Positions 1 to 9,987 of a stretch of DNA of 39,816 bases are shown here, one piece after another (position 1 is the first letter of the stretch; every line of letters begins with the position of its first letter). The DNA is from Burkholderiales bacterium (GTDB lineage Bacteria; Pseudomonadota; Gammaproteobacteria; Burkholderiales; Burkholderiaceae_D). Position numbers and translations under genes: made by a program. The notes below the pieces were generated by a model. The model did not search any database and had not been told where the DNA came from. It was given only the letters and a program-made list of their open reading frames with translations. The stretch spans positions 1 through 39,816 of the forward strand of contig JBIODP010000001.1 in NCBI GenBank assembly GCA_044445195.1, in the 5' to 3' direction.

Positions 1-685
1 CGTTTTTCCACTTTGCCGCCGTCTGTGTCTTGATCGATTCCGTTGCCAGGGTCAAGTCGGTAGCAACGCAAACCAGCGTGGCGGGCTGGCAGGTGGTGGC
101 GAGCGTATCGAGCAACGGGGCGTTACGGTAGGGTGTTTCGATGAATAGCTGGGTTTGCCTGTCTTGCCGTGAGCGTTCTTCCAGTTCTTTAATGCGTTTG
201 GCGCGTTGCTGAGGGTCAACCGGCAGGTAGCCGTTGAATGCAAAACTTTGACCGCTCAAGCCGCTGGCCATGACCGCTAGCAGCAGCGACGATGGGCCGA
301 CCAGCGGCCTGACGAGTATGCCGCGCGCATGCGCCAGACGCACAAGGTTGGCGCCGGGGTCGGCTACTGCAGGCACGCCTGCATCTGAAATCAGGCCCGC
401 ATCATGGCCCGCCAGTAGCGGTTCAAGCAGCGCCGGCAGCATTGCCGTCGGAGTATTGATATTGAGTTCGGCGATATCGATTTCCTGCAGCGGCTTCGTC
501 AACGGGTTATTCAATGCAATCAGCTTGAGGAAGGCGCGCGTGGTTTTCGCATTTTCGGCAATGAAATAGCAGATTCCGGAGGCGATGGCCTGCACATCGG
601 CAGGAATAATATGCGAGAGCGCATCGGTTCGGCCTGCATCGGCGGGGCCGAGCGTATTGGGGATCAGGTAAAGTATGCCGGGCAT
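1..685 (-). CDS. SAM-dependent methyltransferase, tetrapyrrole-methylase/RsmI-like fold; C-terminal end lies outside the window
   Basis: My own minus-strand translation from ATG at 685. It is absent from the ORF track because no stop falls in the window. Sequence: MPGILYLIPNTLGPADAGRTDALSHIIPADVQAIASGICYFIAENAKTTRAFLKLI...GLISDAGVPAVADPGANLVRLAHARGILVRPLVGPSSLLLAVMASGLSGQSFAFNGYLP. The SDAGxPxxxDPG and GPSxxxxAxxxSG motifs fit this methylase superfamily. Confidence 0.6.
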   Translation of the reverse strand, partial: MPGILYLIPNTLGPADAGRTDALSHIIPADVQAIASGICYFIAENAKTTRAFLKLIALNNPLTKPLQEIDIAELNINTPTAMLPALLEPLLAGHDAGLISDAGVPAVADPGANLVRLAHARGILVRPLVGPSSLLLAVMASGLSGQSFAFNGYLPVDPQQRAKRIKELEERSRQDRQTQLFIETPYRNAPLLDTLATTCQPATLVCVATDLTLATESIKTQTAAKWKN

Positions 686-710
686 GATTTTATCGGGCAG
701 CAAGGGGTCG

Positions 711-1325
711 TCAGAGGGAAAAAAAGGATACGCCGGCCTGCCGCAGCATGCCGGTCAACGCAATTAACGGCAGTCCGGTGAGCGCGGTCGGGTCGGTGCT
801 TTCTATTTTGTCGATGATGGCTATGCCCAGCCCCTCATTCTTGGCGCTGCCGGCGCAATCGTAAGGTTGCTCGATGCGCAGGTAAGCATCCAGTTCATGA
901 TCCGGCAGGTTGCGGAAAGTTACGCTGGTTTGCACATTGTCGAGTTGCATGGCCAGAGCGGCATCGGGTTCGCGGCTATCCCACAAGCATAGCGCCGTGT
1001 GGAAAACGACGCGTCGCCCGCGCATTTTCTGCAATTGTTCGAGCGCCCTTTCATGCGATCCGGGTTTGCCGATTTGCACGCCATCCAGGGTTGCTACCTG
1101 GTCTGAACCGATCACCAGGGCACCGGGTGCCAGTGACGCCACGGCAACGGCTTTTTGGCGAGCAAGCCGCAATGCGGTTGCTTCCGGCATTTCTCCGCGC
1201 AGAGGGGTTTCATCGACATGTGGCGTCATTGCCTTGAACGGAAGGCGCAGACGAGATAACAGTTCCTGCCGGTATTTGGAGCCGGAAGCAAGAATGAGGA
1301 GAGGCTGTCCAGAAGGTTTTAGCAT
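711..1325 (-). CDS. yceF: Maf/YceF-family nucleoside triphosphate pyrophosphatase
   Basis: 204-aa ORF with LILASGSKYRQELLSRL...VIGSDQV...KP, typical of Maf. It is divergent from yceD-rpmF-plsX, as in E. coli. Confidence 0.85.
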   Translation of the reverse strand: MLKPSGQPLLILASGSKYRQELLSRLRLPFKAMTPHVDETPLRGEMPEATALRLARQKAVAVASLAPGALVIGSDQVATLDGVQIGKPGSHERALEQLQKMRGRRVVFHTALCLWDSREPDAALAMQLDNVQTSVTFRNLPDHELDAYLRIEQPYDCAGSAKNEGLGIAIIDKIESTDPTALTGLPLIALTGMLRQAGVSFFSL

Positions 1326-1469
1326 TATTTTGCAGCGAAAGGATGAATTAGAATGAGGCAGAACTATTTATTTGTTATTTTTATAGCAATAATGATCATT
1401 GGCAAAATGCCTATAGGGTAATATACAACACGGTAATGCAGCGATTTTGAATCAAACTGCGCTAACACT

Positions 1470-1499
1470 TTGACTAATAAGGGGAAACCCTGTTATTAT
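1470..1499 (+). promoter_or_regulatory. Candidate sigma-70 promoter for yceD-rpmF (TTGACT-N18-TATTAT)
   Basis: Hexamers read directly at 1470-1475 and 1494-1499, 27 nt upstream of the yceD ATG in an AT-rich divergent intergenic region. Confidence 0.3.
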
Positions 1500-1525
1500 C
1501 GCAGGCTTTCCAAGTTCGGCCTCCT

Positions 1526-2026
1526 ATGAATGCATTTGTGATCGACACGTTTGAATTTAGTCGGCTCAAAGAGCGCCGTGAAGGTGAGCTTGCGGTTGCC
1601 GGTTTTGCCCGGTTGGTGGAAGAATTGGCAGAACCATCCGGCGTGGTTCGGTGGGTTTTGCAAGGCGGGACGGATTCGGCAGGGCATCCGCAACTGGCGT
1701 TGTCGGTGTCTGCAACGGTGCAGTTGATGTGCCAGCGTTGCCTGTTGCCGTTTGCGTTCGAGGTCGCTTCTCAGTCGGTGCTGGTTCTTGCCCGGGATGA
1801 GGCTGCAGCCGATGAAATCGATGCGATGCTGGCCGACGATAGCATCGATGTGATTGTTGGCGGCAAGGCGATGAATATTCTTGAGTTGATTGAAGATGAA
1901 GCCTTGCTGACCATACCGCTGTCGCCCAGGCATGCAATTTGCCCCGATCAGGTCGGGCAGGATGTGGAGGCGGCGGCAAGCGTGAAAAGAACCTCGCCGT
2001 TTGAAGTGCTCAAAAGCAAGCAGTAA
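1526..2026 (+). CDS. yceD: YceD (DUF177) large-subunit rRNA accumulation protein
   Basis: 166-aa acidic ORF with the CQRCL...CP cysteine pattern, immediately upstream of rpmF. Confidence 0.85.
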   Translation: MNAFVIDTFEFSRLKERREGELAVAGFARLVEELAEPSGVVRWVLQGGTDSAGHPQLALSVSATVQLMCQRCLLPFAFEVASQSVLVLARDEAAADEIDAMLADDSIDVIVGGKAMNILELIEDEALLTIPLSPRHAICPDQVGQDVEAAASVKRTSPFEVLKSKQ

Positions 2027-2070
2027 GGTTGGTCAATAAGCTGGGCAAGAGGAAAGTTTGTCAGGGGTTA

Positions 2071-2098
2071 TCGGCTTGCCGGTGAGCCGGCAAGCCGA
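2071..2098 (+). other. Perfect 12-bp GC-rich hairpin (TCGGCTTGCCGG-TGAG-CCGGCAAGCCGA) between yceD and rpmF
   Basis: Inverted repeat read directly. No adjacent U-tract, so it is not a canonical terminator. Confidence 0.6.
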
Positions 2099-2137
2099 AT
2101 ATGTTAAAATTTTATAACTTTAGGTTTAGGAGTTACC

Positions 2138-2320
2138 ATGGCAGTCCAACAAAACAAGAAGTCCCCATCCAAGCGCGGCATGCATCGGTCGCACGATTTC
2201 CTGGTTGCTCCGCAATTGGCGGTAGAACCGACTACCGGCGAAACCCATATGCGTCACCATATCAGCCCGAATGGCTTTTATCGTGGCCGTAAGGTGCTCA
2301 AGACCAAGAACGACGAGTAA
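2138..2320 (+). CDS. rpmF: 50S ribosomal protein L32
   Basis: [20 protein letters not shown] is the canonical L32 N-terminus. AGGAG Shine-Dalgarno (SD) sequence upstream. Confidence 0.95.
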   Translation: MAVQQNKKSPSKRGMHRSHDFLVAPQLAVEPTTGETHMRHHISPNGFYRGRKVLKTKNDE

Positions 2321-2467
2321 TCTTCATCGTCGACAAGTCTTGACTTTGCGTGCCAAGCCCTCAACTTGACGCCGCTTTTCCATATGCTGAAACAGCGCGT
2401 TATGTCATTGTGAATCAAGCCGGTCCCGGCCCATAATATGGTTGGATTGAGGCACTGAATCAAAACA

Positions 2468-3559
2468 ATGACAATTAAAATATCAATCGACTGCATGGGT
2501 GGGGATCACGGGCCATCGGTTACCGTTCCTGCGGCCATTTCATTCGTCAATGCCGAGTCTGAGGCCGAGCTTGTGCTGGTCGGGCTGCAAGAGCAGATAC
2601 GCGCTGAGCTGAAAAAGCACAAGGCGAGCAATCATCCGCGCCTGTCTGTGCTGCATGCATCTGAAGTTGTCACGATGGATGACCCGCTCGAAATCGCGTT
2701 ACGCCGCAAAAAGGACTCGTCGATGCGTGTGATGGTCGGCTTGCTCAAGGATGGGCAAGTCCAGGCCTGCGTTTCCGCCGGTAATACCGGCGCGCTGATG
2801 GCGATATCGCGCTATGTATTGAAGACCTTGCCCGGTGTCGACCGCCCGGCCATTTGCACACTGATCCCCAATCAAAAAAACAAGCCCACCTACATGCTCG
2901 ACCTGGGAGCCAACGTCGATTGCGAAGCCCGGCATTTGCATCAATTCGCCTTGATGGGCGCAGCGCTTGTTTCCGTGCTGGAGGGAAAACCCAAGCCGAC
3001 CGTCGGCTTGCTCAATGTCGGCACAGAGGATATCAAGGGCAACGATGTCGTTAAGCAAACCGCCAGCCTGTTGCGTGCCGACCATGAAAAAGGACGCCTC
3101 AATTTTTACGGAAATGTAGAAGGCGACGACATTTTCAAGGGCACAACCGACATTGTCGTCTGCGACGGCTTTGTCGGCAACATCGTGCTGAAGGCATCGG
3201 AAGGCCTGGCGGGATTCCTCAAGACGGTTTTGACGAATGAACTCAAAAGCAATCCGCTCAACATGTTGGGGGCGTTGATCGCGCGCGGGGCGCTCAAGGC
3301 GATTTCCGAGCGCATGAATTCCTCTCGTTATAATGGAGGCAGTTTGCTGGGGTTGCGCGGACTGGTTTTCAAGAGCCACGGCGGCGCTAACGCCTATGGC
3401 TACGAGTGGGCAATCCGGCGCGCATTCGATGCTGCCAAGCTGAATGCGCTGGCGCAAATTGCCAGCGCTGTCGCGGCGCTGATGCCGGATGCCGAAACGA
3501 CAACCGCTGCTTCAGGCCAGAATACGGCTGCCGACCTCAGCGAGCATAAAACTGCATGA
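2468..3559 (+). CDS. plsX: Phosphate acyltransferase PlsX
   Basis: [10 protein letters not shown]...SAGNTGA...GFVGNIVLK motifs, plus synteny. Confidence 0.95.
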   Translation: MTIKISIDCMGGDHGPSVTVPAAISFVNAESEAELVLVGLQEQIRAELKKHKASNHPRLSVLHASEVVTMDDPLEIALRRKKDSSMRVMVGLLKDGQVQACVSAGNTGALMAISRYVLKTLPGVDRPAICTLIPNQKNKPTYMLDLGANVDCEARHLHQFALMGAALVSVLEGKPKPTVGLLNVGTEDIKGNDVVKQTASLLRADHEKGRLNFYGNVEGDDIFKGTTDIVVCDGFVGNIVLKASEGLAGFLKTVLTNELKSNPLNMLGALIARGALKAISERMNSSRYNGGSLLGLRGLVFKSHGGANAYGYEWAIRRAFDAAKLNALAQIASAVAALMPDAETTTAASGQNTAADLSEHKTA

Positions 3560-4542
3560 GCCTTCACAGCAAAATTATTGGTACCGGCAGTTATTTGCCG
3601 CCCAAGCGTGTGACGAACAATGATCTGGTGGGGCAACTGGCAAAAAAAGGGATTGATACCTCGGATGAGTGGATCGTGTCGCGCAGCGGCATTTCTGCCC
3701 GTCATTTTGCCGAGGCGGGCGTGCCCGCGAGCGATTTGGCGATAGAAGCCGCTACGCGCGCGTTGCAGATGGCCGCGCTCTTGCCCAACGATATCGATCT
3801 GATCATTGTTGCAACGTCGACGCCGGATCATATCGGTGGTTTCCCCAGCACTGCGTGCGTGGTGCAACGCAAGCTGGGCATTACCAACGGCTGTGCGGCG
3901 TTCGATGTGCAGGCGGTATGCAGCGGCTTTATTTACGCGGTCTCGATTGCCGACAGTTTCATCAAATCGGGAGCGCACCGGAACGTATTGATTATCGGTG
4001 CCGAAATATTTTCCCGTATACTGAACTTCGAAGATCGTTCTACCTGTGTGCTGTTCGGCGATGGCGCTGGCGCAGTCGTCATGACCGCTTCCGGCGAGCC
4101 CGGCATACTTGCAGCCAAATTGCATGCGGACGGCAGCCAGGCAAGCATCCTGTGCGTGCAGGGCAGTGTCGGCGGCGGCATATTGGAGGGGAACGGATTT
4201 CTGTATATGGATGGACCGGCAGTGTTTAAACTGGCGGTGTCGGTACTTGATAAAGTTGCCAATGAGGTTTTGCGCATGGCTGGCATGAGCGCGTCGCAAA
4301 TCGATTGGCTGGTTCCGCATCAAGCTAATTTTCGCATCATGCAAAGCAGCGCAAAAAAACTGGGTTTGCCTTTGGAACGCATGGTGGCGACGGTCGGCGA
4401 GCATGGCAATACTTCTGCGGCATCGATACCGTTAGCGCTCGATACCGCCGTTCGCGATGGACGCATCAGGCCTGGGCAAAACATCCTGATGGAAGGCGTA
4501 GGCGGCGGATTGACCTGGGGTGCGGTGCTGGCGCGGATGTAA
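3556..4542 (+). CDS. fabH: 3-oxoacyl-ACP synthase III
   Basis: GTGSYLP...AACSGF active-site Cys context...HQAN...[13 protein letters not shown] overlap with plsX. Confidence 0.95.
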   Translation: MSLHSKIIGTGSYLPPKRVTNNDLVGQLAKKGIDTSDEWIVSRSGISARHFAEAGVPASDLAIEAATRALQMAALLPNDIDLIIVATSTPDHIGGFPSTACVVQRKLGITNGCAAFDVQAVCSGFIYAVSIADSFIKSGAHRNVLIIGAEIFSRILNFEDRSTCVLFGDGAGAVVMTASGEPGILAAKLHADGSQASILCVQGSVGGGILEGNGFLYMDGPAVFKLAVSVLDKVANEVLRMAGMSASQIDWLVPHQANFRIMQSSAKKLGLPLERMVATVGEHGNTSAASIPLALDTAVRDGRIRPGQNILMEGVGGGLTWGAVLARM

Positions 4543-4645
4543 TGCTGGAGCGATGCCGTATTATATTGATTTGGCAATATTCAACCGGGCAGGCTGGGCT
4601 GCAAAGCCCAACGACAGCGATGGCAAAACATAAACTGAAAGCAGA

Positions 4646-5593
4646 ATGACTAAAAATAGCATGACTAAATTCGCCTTTGTTTTTCCCGGTCAAGGTTCGC
4701 AAGCCGTTGGCATGCTGAATGGCTTTGCAGAGTGCGCCGAAGTCCGGCAAACGCTCGCCGAAGCATCTGAATGCCTGCATCTCGACATGGGGAAATTGAT
4801 TGCGGAAGGCCCTAAAGAAGAGCTTGATCTCACTACCAACACGCAGCCGGTCATGCTGACTGCAGCCGTTGCCATTTACCGTGCATGGATTGCCGCTGGC
4901 GGCGCTGAACCGGCCATCGTCGCCGGCCATAGCCTGGGCGAGTATTCGGCGCTGGTTGCGGCCGGTGTTATCGCATTCTCGGATGCGTTGCCGCTGGTGC
5001 GTTTTCGCGCCCAGGCCATGCAGGAAGCCGTGCCCGTCGGGCAGGGCGGGATGGCGGTTATTTTAGGACTGGCGGACAACGATGTGCGTGCAGCCTGCGC
5101 GGAAGCCGGGCAGGGTGAAGTGGTCGAAGCGGTTAATTTCAATACGCCGGCGCAAGTCGTTATTGCCGGACACACTCGCGCAGTGGAACGCGCCTGTGAA
5201 GCTGCCAAGGCCAGGGGCGCCAAACGCGCGCAGGCATTGGCGGTATCGGCGCCTTTTCATTCGTCGCTGTTGAAGCCGGCGTCGGATCGCCTGCGCGACT
5301 ATTTGGCAAACGTGCCCTTCACCGTGCCGCACATTGCATTAATCAACAATGTTGATGTCGCGGTGCTTTACAATGTCGACGACATCAAGGATGCGCTGGT
5401 GCGGCAGGCTGCCTGCCCGGTACGGTGGGCGGAGACCGTTCAGCGCATGGCAGCGGAGGGGGTTTCGCATGTTATCGAATGCGGGCCCGGAAAAGCATTG
5501 ACCGGAATGACCAAACGCATTAATGGCGCTTTGATCGGCGATGCAATTGTCGATCCGGCATCCCTGGATAAAGTTCTGGAGCTATTGAAGTGA
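4646..5593 (+). CDS. fabD: Malonyl-CoA:ACP transacylase
   Basis: FAFVFPGQGSQ and GHSLGEYSAL motifs. The true start may be the ATG at 4661 (MTKFAFVFPGQGSQ, E. coli-like N-terminus). Confidence 0.95.
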   Translation: MTKNSMTKFAFVFPGQGSQAVGMLNGFAECAEVRQTLAEASECLHLDMGKLIAEGPKEELDLTTNTQPVMLTAAVAIYRAWIAAGGAEPAIVAGHSLGEYSALVAAGVIAFSDALPLVRFRAQAMQEAVPVGQGGMAVILGLADNDVRAACAEAGQGEVVEAVNFNTPAQVVIAGHTRAVERACEAAKARGAKRAQALAVSAPFHSSLLKPASDRLRDYLANVPFTVPHIALINNVDVAVLYNVDDIKDALVRQAACPVRWAETVQRMAAEGVSHVIECGPGKALTGMTKRINGALIGDAIVDPASLDKVLELLK

Positions 5594-6351
5594 CTATTAC
5601 GCCCCCTGATTTGCACAACCAGATTGCACTGGTTACCGGCGCATCGCGCGGCATCGGCTGCGCCATTGCTCAGCATTTGGCCAAAATGGGCGCTAAAGTG
5701 ATCGGCACCGCAACGTCCGAATCCGGCGCCCAGGCAATTTCCGGTTATTTGAATGCGATTGCGCCAGGCAGCGGCAAGGGCGTGGTGCTAAACGTCAACG
5801 ATGCAGCGGCTTGCGCTGAGCTGATCGATGCGATACAGAAGGAATGGGGGAGCGTTACCATTCTGGTTAATAATGCCGGTATTACACAGGATCAATTGGC
5901 GATGCGCATGAAGGAAGAGGAGTGGGATGCGGTGATTGCCACGAATCTGACAGCGGTAGCGCGCCTGTCGCGTGCCGTATTGCGCGGGATGATAAAAGCC
6001 AAACATGGGCGTATCATTAACATTACGTCGGTTGTCGGCTCTGCCGGAAACGCCGGGCAAATGAATTATGCTGCCGCCAAAGCCGGCGTGGCGGGCATGA
6101 GCCGGGCGCTGGCGCGCGAGATCGGCAGCCGTAATATTACGGTTAACTGCATCGCGCCCGGCTTTATCGATACGGATATGACAAAAGCCCTGAGCGAGCA
6201 GCAAATAACCGGGTTATTGCAACAAATTCCGCTGGGGCGTTTCGGCTTGCCGGAGGATATTGCCGCTGCAGTGGGTTTTCTGGCATCCTCGCATGCGGCG
6301 TATATTACCGGGTCGACCTTGCACGTCAATGGCGGGATGTATATGAGCTGA
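5590..6351 (+). CDS. fabG: 3-oxoacyl-ACP reductase
   Basis: VTGASRGIG, NNAG and YAAAKAG short-chain dehydrogenase/reductase (SDR) motifs. GTG start overlaps the fabD stop. Confidence 0.95.
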   Translation: MTITPPDLHNQIALVTGASRGIGCAIAQHLAKMGAKVIGTATSESGAQAISGYLNAIAPGSGKGVVLNVNDAAACAELIDAIQKEWGSVTILVNNAGITQDQLAMRMKEEEWDAVIATNLTAVARLSRAVLRGMIKAKHGRIINITSVVGSAGNAGQMNYAAAKAGVAGMSRALAREIGSRNITVNCIAPGFIDTDMTKALSEQQITGLLQQIPLGRFGLPEDIAAAVGFLASSHAAYITGSTLHVNGGMYMS

Positions 6352-6505
6352 ATAAATAAGCTGAATAAATTCGAGCGTCTTTTTTCAGGCATCTTTTGAT
6401 TAAAATTAAAGCCTGAATGAATGTAAATGTTAAAAGTAAATTTTTATTGCGCAAACCTGCTAAAATGCGCGCACTTTCTGAAGCACTCATCACTGGAGCC
6501 ATAAC

Positions 6506-6745
6506 ATGTCAGATATTGAACAACGCGTTAAAAAAATTGTTGCTGAACAACTCGGCGTTGCCGAAGCCGATATTAAAAACGAATCGTCGTTTGTCGATGA
6601 TCTCGGCGCCGACTCGCTCGACACGGTCGAGTTGGTCATGGCTCTGGAAGATGAGTTCGAAATGGAAATTCCTGACGAACAGGCTGAGAAAATCACCACT
6701 GTGCAGCAGGCGATCGATTACGCCAAGGCCCACGTCAAGGCCTGA
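6506..6745 (+). CDS. acpP: Acyl carrier protein
   Basis: [18 protein letters not shown]...[17 protein letters not shown], including the phosphopantetheine DSL site. Confidence 0.97.
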   Translation: MSDIEQRVKKIVAEQLGVAEADIKNESSFVDDLGADSLDTVELVMALEDEFEMEIPDEQAEKITTVQQAIDYAKAHVKA

Positions 6746-6774
6746 GCTGCTTTGATCGACTCTGGGAGAATCGC

Positions 6775-8022
6775 TTGAGCCGCTCACAACAACGTCGTGT
6801 CGTTATTACCGGTTTGGGTGCCATTTCCCCAGTCGGCAATACGGTTGCCGAAACGTGGAGTGCGATAACCGAAGGTAAATCGGGTATTGCGAACATCACT
6901 AAATTCGATGCAACGCCATTTACCACGCATTTTGCCGGTGAAGTAAAAGGCTTCAATATCGAGGATTACATCCCCGCTAAAGAAGCGCGCCATATGGATA
7001 CCTTTATTCACTATGGCATGGCGGCCGGCATGCAAGCCATGCAAGATAGCGGTTTGGCGGTGACGGAAGCCAATGCGGATCGCATCGGTGTGATAATCGG
7101 TTCCGGCATCGGCGGCTTGCCGTTCATTGAGGAAACGCATTCAGAATTAATCAGTCGCGGCCCGCGCCGGATCAGCCCGTTTTTTGTGCCGTCTTCCATT
7201 ATCAACATGATATCCGGCAATCTGTCGATCAAATACGGCTTGAAAGGGCCGAATTTGGCAATCGTGACAGCTTGCACTACCGGTTTGCACTGCATTGGCG
7301 CTGCCGGGCGGTTGATTGAATATGGCGATGCCGACGTCATGATCGCGGGCGGCGCAGAATCGACTATTTCGCCATTGGGGTTGGGCGGCTTTGCTTCGGC
7401 AAGAGCGCTGTCGACGCGCAACGACGACCCTGCTACTGCCTCCCGCCCGTGGGACAAGGACCGTGACGGTTTCGTGCTGGGGGAAGGGGCCGGTGTCATG
7501 CTGCTGGAAGAGTACGAGCATGCGAAGGCCCGGGGCGCAAAAATATATGCCGAACTGCTGGGTTTCGGCATGAGCGCCGACGCTTATCACATGACGGCGC
7601 CGCTGGAAGATGGCGATGGGGCGCGGCGCTGCATGATCGGGGCGTTGAAGAATGCTGAAATCAATGCCGATCGGGTCGACTATGTGAATGCACACGGAAC
7701 TTCAACGCCGTTGGGCGATCTGGCTGAAACGATCGCCATCAAGCGCGCGCTGGGAGATCATGTAAAAAACGTTATTGTCAACTCCACAAAATCCATGACC
7801 GGTCACCTGTTGGGTGGAGCGGGAGGATTGGAGGCGGTCATCACGGTCCTGGCGGTGCATAATCAACTATCGCCGCCAACCATGAATATTTTCAATCAGG
7901 ATCCGTTGTGCGATCTCGATTATTGTGCCAATGCAGCACGCGCGATGCCCATTAATATTGCGATGAAGAATTCGTTTGGTTTTGGCGGAACCAACGGGAC
8001 ACTTATTTTCGGCAAAGTTTAG
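6775..8022 (+). CDS. fabF: 3-oxoacyl-ACP synthase II
   Basis: RRVVITGLG...ACTTG...HGTSTP...[11 protein letters not shown] start with a GGGAGAA SD sequence. Confidence 0.95.
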   Translation: MSRSQQRRVVITGLGAISPVGNTVAETWSAITEGKSGIANITKFDATPFTTHFAGEVKGFNIEDYIPAKEARHMDTFIHYGMAAGMQAMQDSGLAVTEANADRIGVIIGSGIGGLPFIEETHSELISRGPRRISPFFVPSSIINMISGNLSIKYGLKGPNLAIVTACTTGLHCIGAAGRLIEYGDADVMIAGGAESTISPLGLGGFASARALSTRNDDPATASRPWDKDRDGFVLGEGAGVMLLEEYEHAKARGAKIYAELLGFGMSADAYHMTAPLEDGDGARRCMIGALKNAEINADRVDYVNAHGTSTPLGDLAETIAIKRALGDHVKNVIVNSTKSMTGHLLGGAGGLEAVITVLAVHNQLSPPTMNIFNQDPLCDLDYCANAARAMPINIAMKNSFGFGGTNGTLIFGKV

Positions 8023-8066
8023 CTCAATCGGCAACAGGTTGAGCATCACCGGTCTCCAAATTTGCC

Positions 8067-8552
8067 ATGTCGATCGCTGTCTCGGTAGTGGTTAAACCAT
8101 CCAGGCTGCTATTCATTCTGGTCGCCGGGATATGTCTGGGAGCGGCCTTGGTCGGGGTGTCGGTCGGCTTGGGGGTCGTGGGTGAATTGCCGGTCTGGGA
8201 GCGGACGCTCTATGCCGGTTTTTGCATTTTTCTTGCATTAGCGGGATTGGTCCGCACTGCTCGCCGCAGAAAAACTTTTCATGTCGATATTTCCGGTACC
8301 GGACAAATCCGTCTGCGTGCCGAGGGTCAAAGTTTATCCTTTGCTCGGATGCAAGAACCGAATGACGACGGACTGTTGGTAAAATTGCTGGCCGACTCGA
8401 CGATATGGCCGCGTTTTCTATTGCTGCGCTTGCGCGCAGAGGATGGACGCATTCATATCGTGCCGATTTTGCACGATTGTTTGCCGGAAGAGCCCTTCAG
8501 GGCTATCTCAGTCGCTTGCCGGTGGATAGCCGCGCACAATTTTGTCCAATAA
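8067..8552 (+). CDS. Hypothetical inner-membrane protein with two N-terminal TM helices, YgfX/CptA-like (DUF1434-like) layout
   Basis: 161-aa ORF. Two hydrophobic segments are followed by RRRK, GQIRLR and LLLRLRAEDGR motifs that resemble my recollection of E. coli YgfX. The family assignment is tentative. Confidence 0.55.
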   Translation: MSIAVSVVVKPSRLLFILVAGICLGAALVGVSVGLGVVGELPVWERTLYAGFCIFLALAGLVRTARRRKTFHVDISGTGQIRLRAEGQSLSFARMQEPNDDGLLVKLLADSTIWPRFLLLRLRAEDGRIHIVPILHDCLPEEPFRAISVACRWIAAHNFVQ

Positions 8553-8588
8553 AGTTATCCAATAAAGCATAATTCAAGTTTTTGAATT

Positions 8589-8616
8589 GAACTAAGTGCT
8601 TTATAGCCGGTCTCTA
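8589..8616 (+). promoter_or_regulatory. Candidate sigma-E/AlgU-type autoregulatory promoter (GAACTA-N16-TCTCTA)
   Basis: Compare the known consensus GAACTT-N16/17-TCTGA (AlgU) or GGAACTT-N15/16-TCAAA (E. coli RpoE). Lies about 45 nt upstream of the proposed rpoE TTG start. Confidence 0.35.
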
Positions 8617-8658
8617 TCAGAGGCTAGCGTATGTTGCAATAAGACAAGGGAATGGGGA

Positions 8659-9261
8659 TTGACGACAGAACGCGAAATTGATCAACTGCTGGTTGAGCGT
8701 GTTCAGCGCGGTGACAAAAAAGCGTTTGAGCTGTTAGTGATCAAATACCAACGGAAATTGTTGCGGCTAGTGTCGCGGCTTGTGCGCGACCAAGCGGAAG
8801 CAGAAGACGCCGTGCAAGAAGCATTTATCAAAGCCTATCGGGCAATACCGCAGTTTCGCGGCGATTCGGCGTTTTATACCTGGTTGTATCGCATCGGCAT
8901 CAACACAGCAAAGAATTATCTGGTGACACAAGGTCGGCGTGCCCCTACCTCGACTGAAGCAAATTCAGAAGAAGCGGAAACTTTTGACGACGGCGAGCAA
9001 CTAAGGGATATCAACACCCCCGAATCGATGTTGGCAACCAAGCAAATTGCGGCAACGGTTAACACGGCAATGGATGCGTTACCGGAAGAGTTGCGGGTTG
9101 CCATTACGTTGCGTGAAATCGAGGGCCTGAGTTACGATGAAATCGCCGAGGCGATGGGCTGTCCGATCGGGACCGTTCGGAGCAGAATATTCAGGGCGCG
9201 CGAGGCTGTTGCGGAAAAATTAAGACCCTTGCTTGGCACGGCTCTCGACAAGCGATGGTGA
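8659..9261 (+). CDS. rpoE: ECF sigma factor RpoE/AlgU
   Basis: From TTG at 8659 the product starts MTTEREIDQLLVERVQRGDKKAFELLVIKYQRKL, colinear with E. coli RpoE (MSEQLTDQVLVERVQKGDQKAFNLLV...). An AGGGAA SD sequence lies upstream. The ORF-track start at 8596 (GTG) adds a non-conserved 21 aa. Confidence 0.9.
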   Translation: MTTEREIDQLLVERVQRGDKKAFELLVIKYQRKLLRLVSRLVRDQAEAEDAVQEAFIKAYRAIPQFRGDSAFYTWLYRIGINTAKNYLVTQGRRAPTSTEANSEEAETFDDGEQLRDINTPESMLATKQIAATVNTAMDALPEELRVAITLREIEGLSYDEIAEAMGCPIGTVRSRIFRAREAVAEKLRPLLGTALDKRW

Positions 9262-9333
9262 AGGTAAAAATAAATAAAAAGCGGTAAAAATATAATAGGG
9301 GTTAGGGATTGACTTGGCTGGCATGAGGTAGTG

Positions 9334-9987
9334 ATGAATACGAAGAATATGACCCAAGAGCAAATTTCGGCGTTGATCGATAATGAGTTGCCGGACGAAC
9401 ATCTGGAGTTTGCGTTGGCTGCATTGCGTCAGGCGGATGGACGTGCATCGTGGGATGTTTATCATCAAATCGGCGATGTCATGCGGTCCGATGAGATGGC
9501 GCATGCGTTTAGTCCGAATTTTGCAGCGCGGTTGATGGAGCGACTTGATGCGGAACCGACCGTCGTTGCGCCGATGGTTAAGCCGATTCGAATAGAACAA
9601 CCCATGCTTGCTGCGGGCGGCGCTGCGCCGAGAAGGTCCGGCACATCATTCAAACGCCTCGTCATTCCGAGCGCTGCCGCTGCAGTAGCCGTCGTAGCTT
9701 TGATTGCCAACCCGCAACTAAGAATGGCGATCAATGGCGGCGCCAGCCAGTATGCGGCGGAGTCTGCCGCAGCAGTATCCCGTGATCACCCGGTATCGTC
9801 ATATGCAACGCTGGCGGCTGCATCCTCGCAAAACATGAACGCGGGAGCGGCAGTGCCAGACAGAGTTATTTTGCGCGACCCGAGAATCGACGAATACTTG
9901 TTGGCGCATCAGCGATTTTCGCCATCCTTGTATGGCACCGCACAATATGCGCGATCGGCAATGTTCGTGGCGGATGCCGATAAATGA
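9334..9987 (+). CDS. rseA: Anti-sigma-E factor, RseA/MucA family
   Basis: The N-terminus EQISALIDNEL...WDVYHQIGDVMR is the RseA_N signature. One central TM segment. Position right after rpoE. ATG at 9334 has better spacing from GAGG than GTG at 9331. Confidence 0.8.
   Translation: MNTKNMTQEQISALIDNELPDEHLEFALAALRQADGRASWDVYHQIGDVMRSDEMAHAFSPNFAARLMERLDAEPTVVAPMVKPIRIEQPMLAAGGAAPRRSGTSFKRLVIPSAAAAVAVVALIANPQLRMAINGGASQYAAESAAAVSRDHPVSSYATLAAASSQNMNAGAAVPDRVILRDPRIDEYLLAHQRFSPSLYGTAQYARSAMFVADADK

Noticed and set aside
270-569. 99-aa + ORF and a 63-aa - ORF (52-243) at the left edge.
   Set aside because: The real gene here is the minus-strand methyltransferase, open from 685 to the window edge. 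These ORFs lie on the other strand or in another frame, and their products are low-complexity.
1391-1400. 10-bp perfect palindrome AATGATCATT in the maf/yceD divergent promoter region.
   Set aside because: A 10-bp palindrome in a 200-nt AT-rich region is expected fairly often by chance, and I recognise no known operator consensus.
3400-4404. 334-aa minus-strand ORF antisense to fabH. Similar shadows occur at 2699-3457, 10080-10976, 16577-17173, 17617-18333, 21050-21658, 33283-33954 and 38156-38770.
   Set aside because: All overlap well-supported genes on the other strand. They have junk-like composition and no motifs.
6242-6253. The 12-mer TCGGCTTGCCGG from the yceD-rpmF hairpin arm also occurs inside fabG.
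   Set aside because: In fabG it lies in frame, encoding FGLP of a conserved block (RFGLPEDI), and it lacks the inverted partner. I judged it a coincidence of GC-rich sequence.
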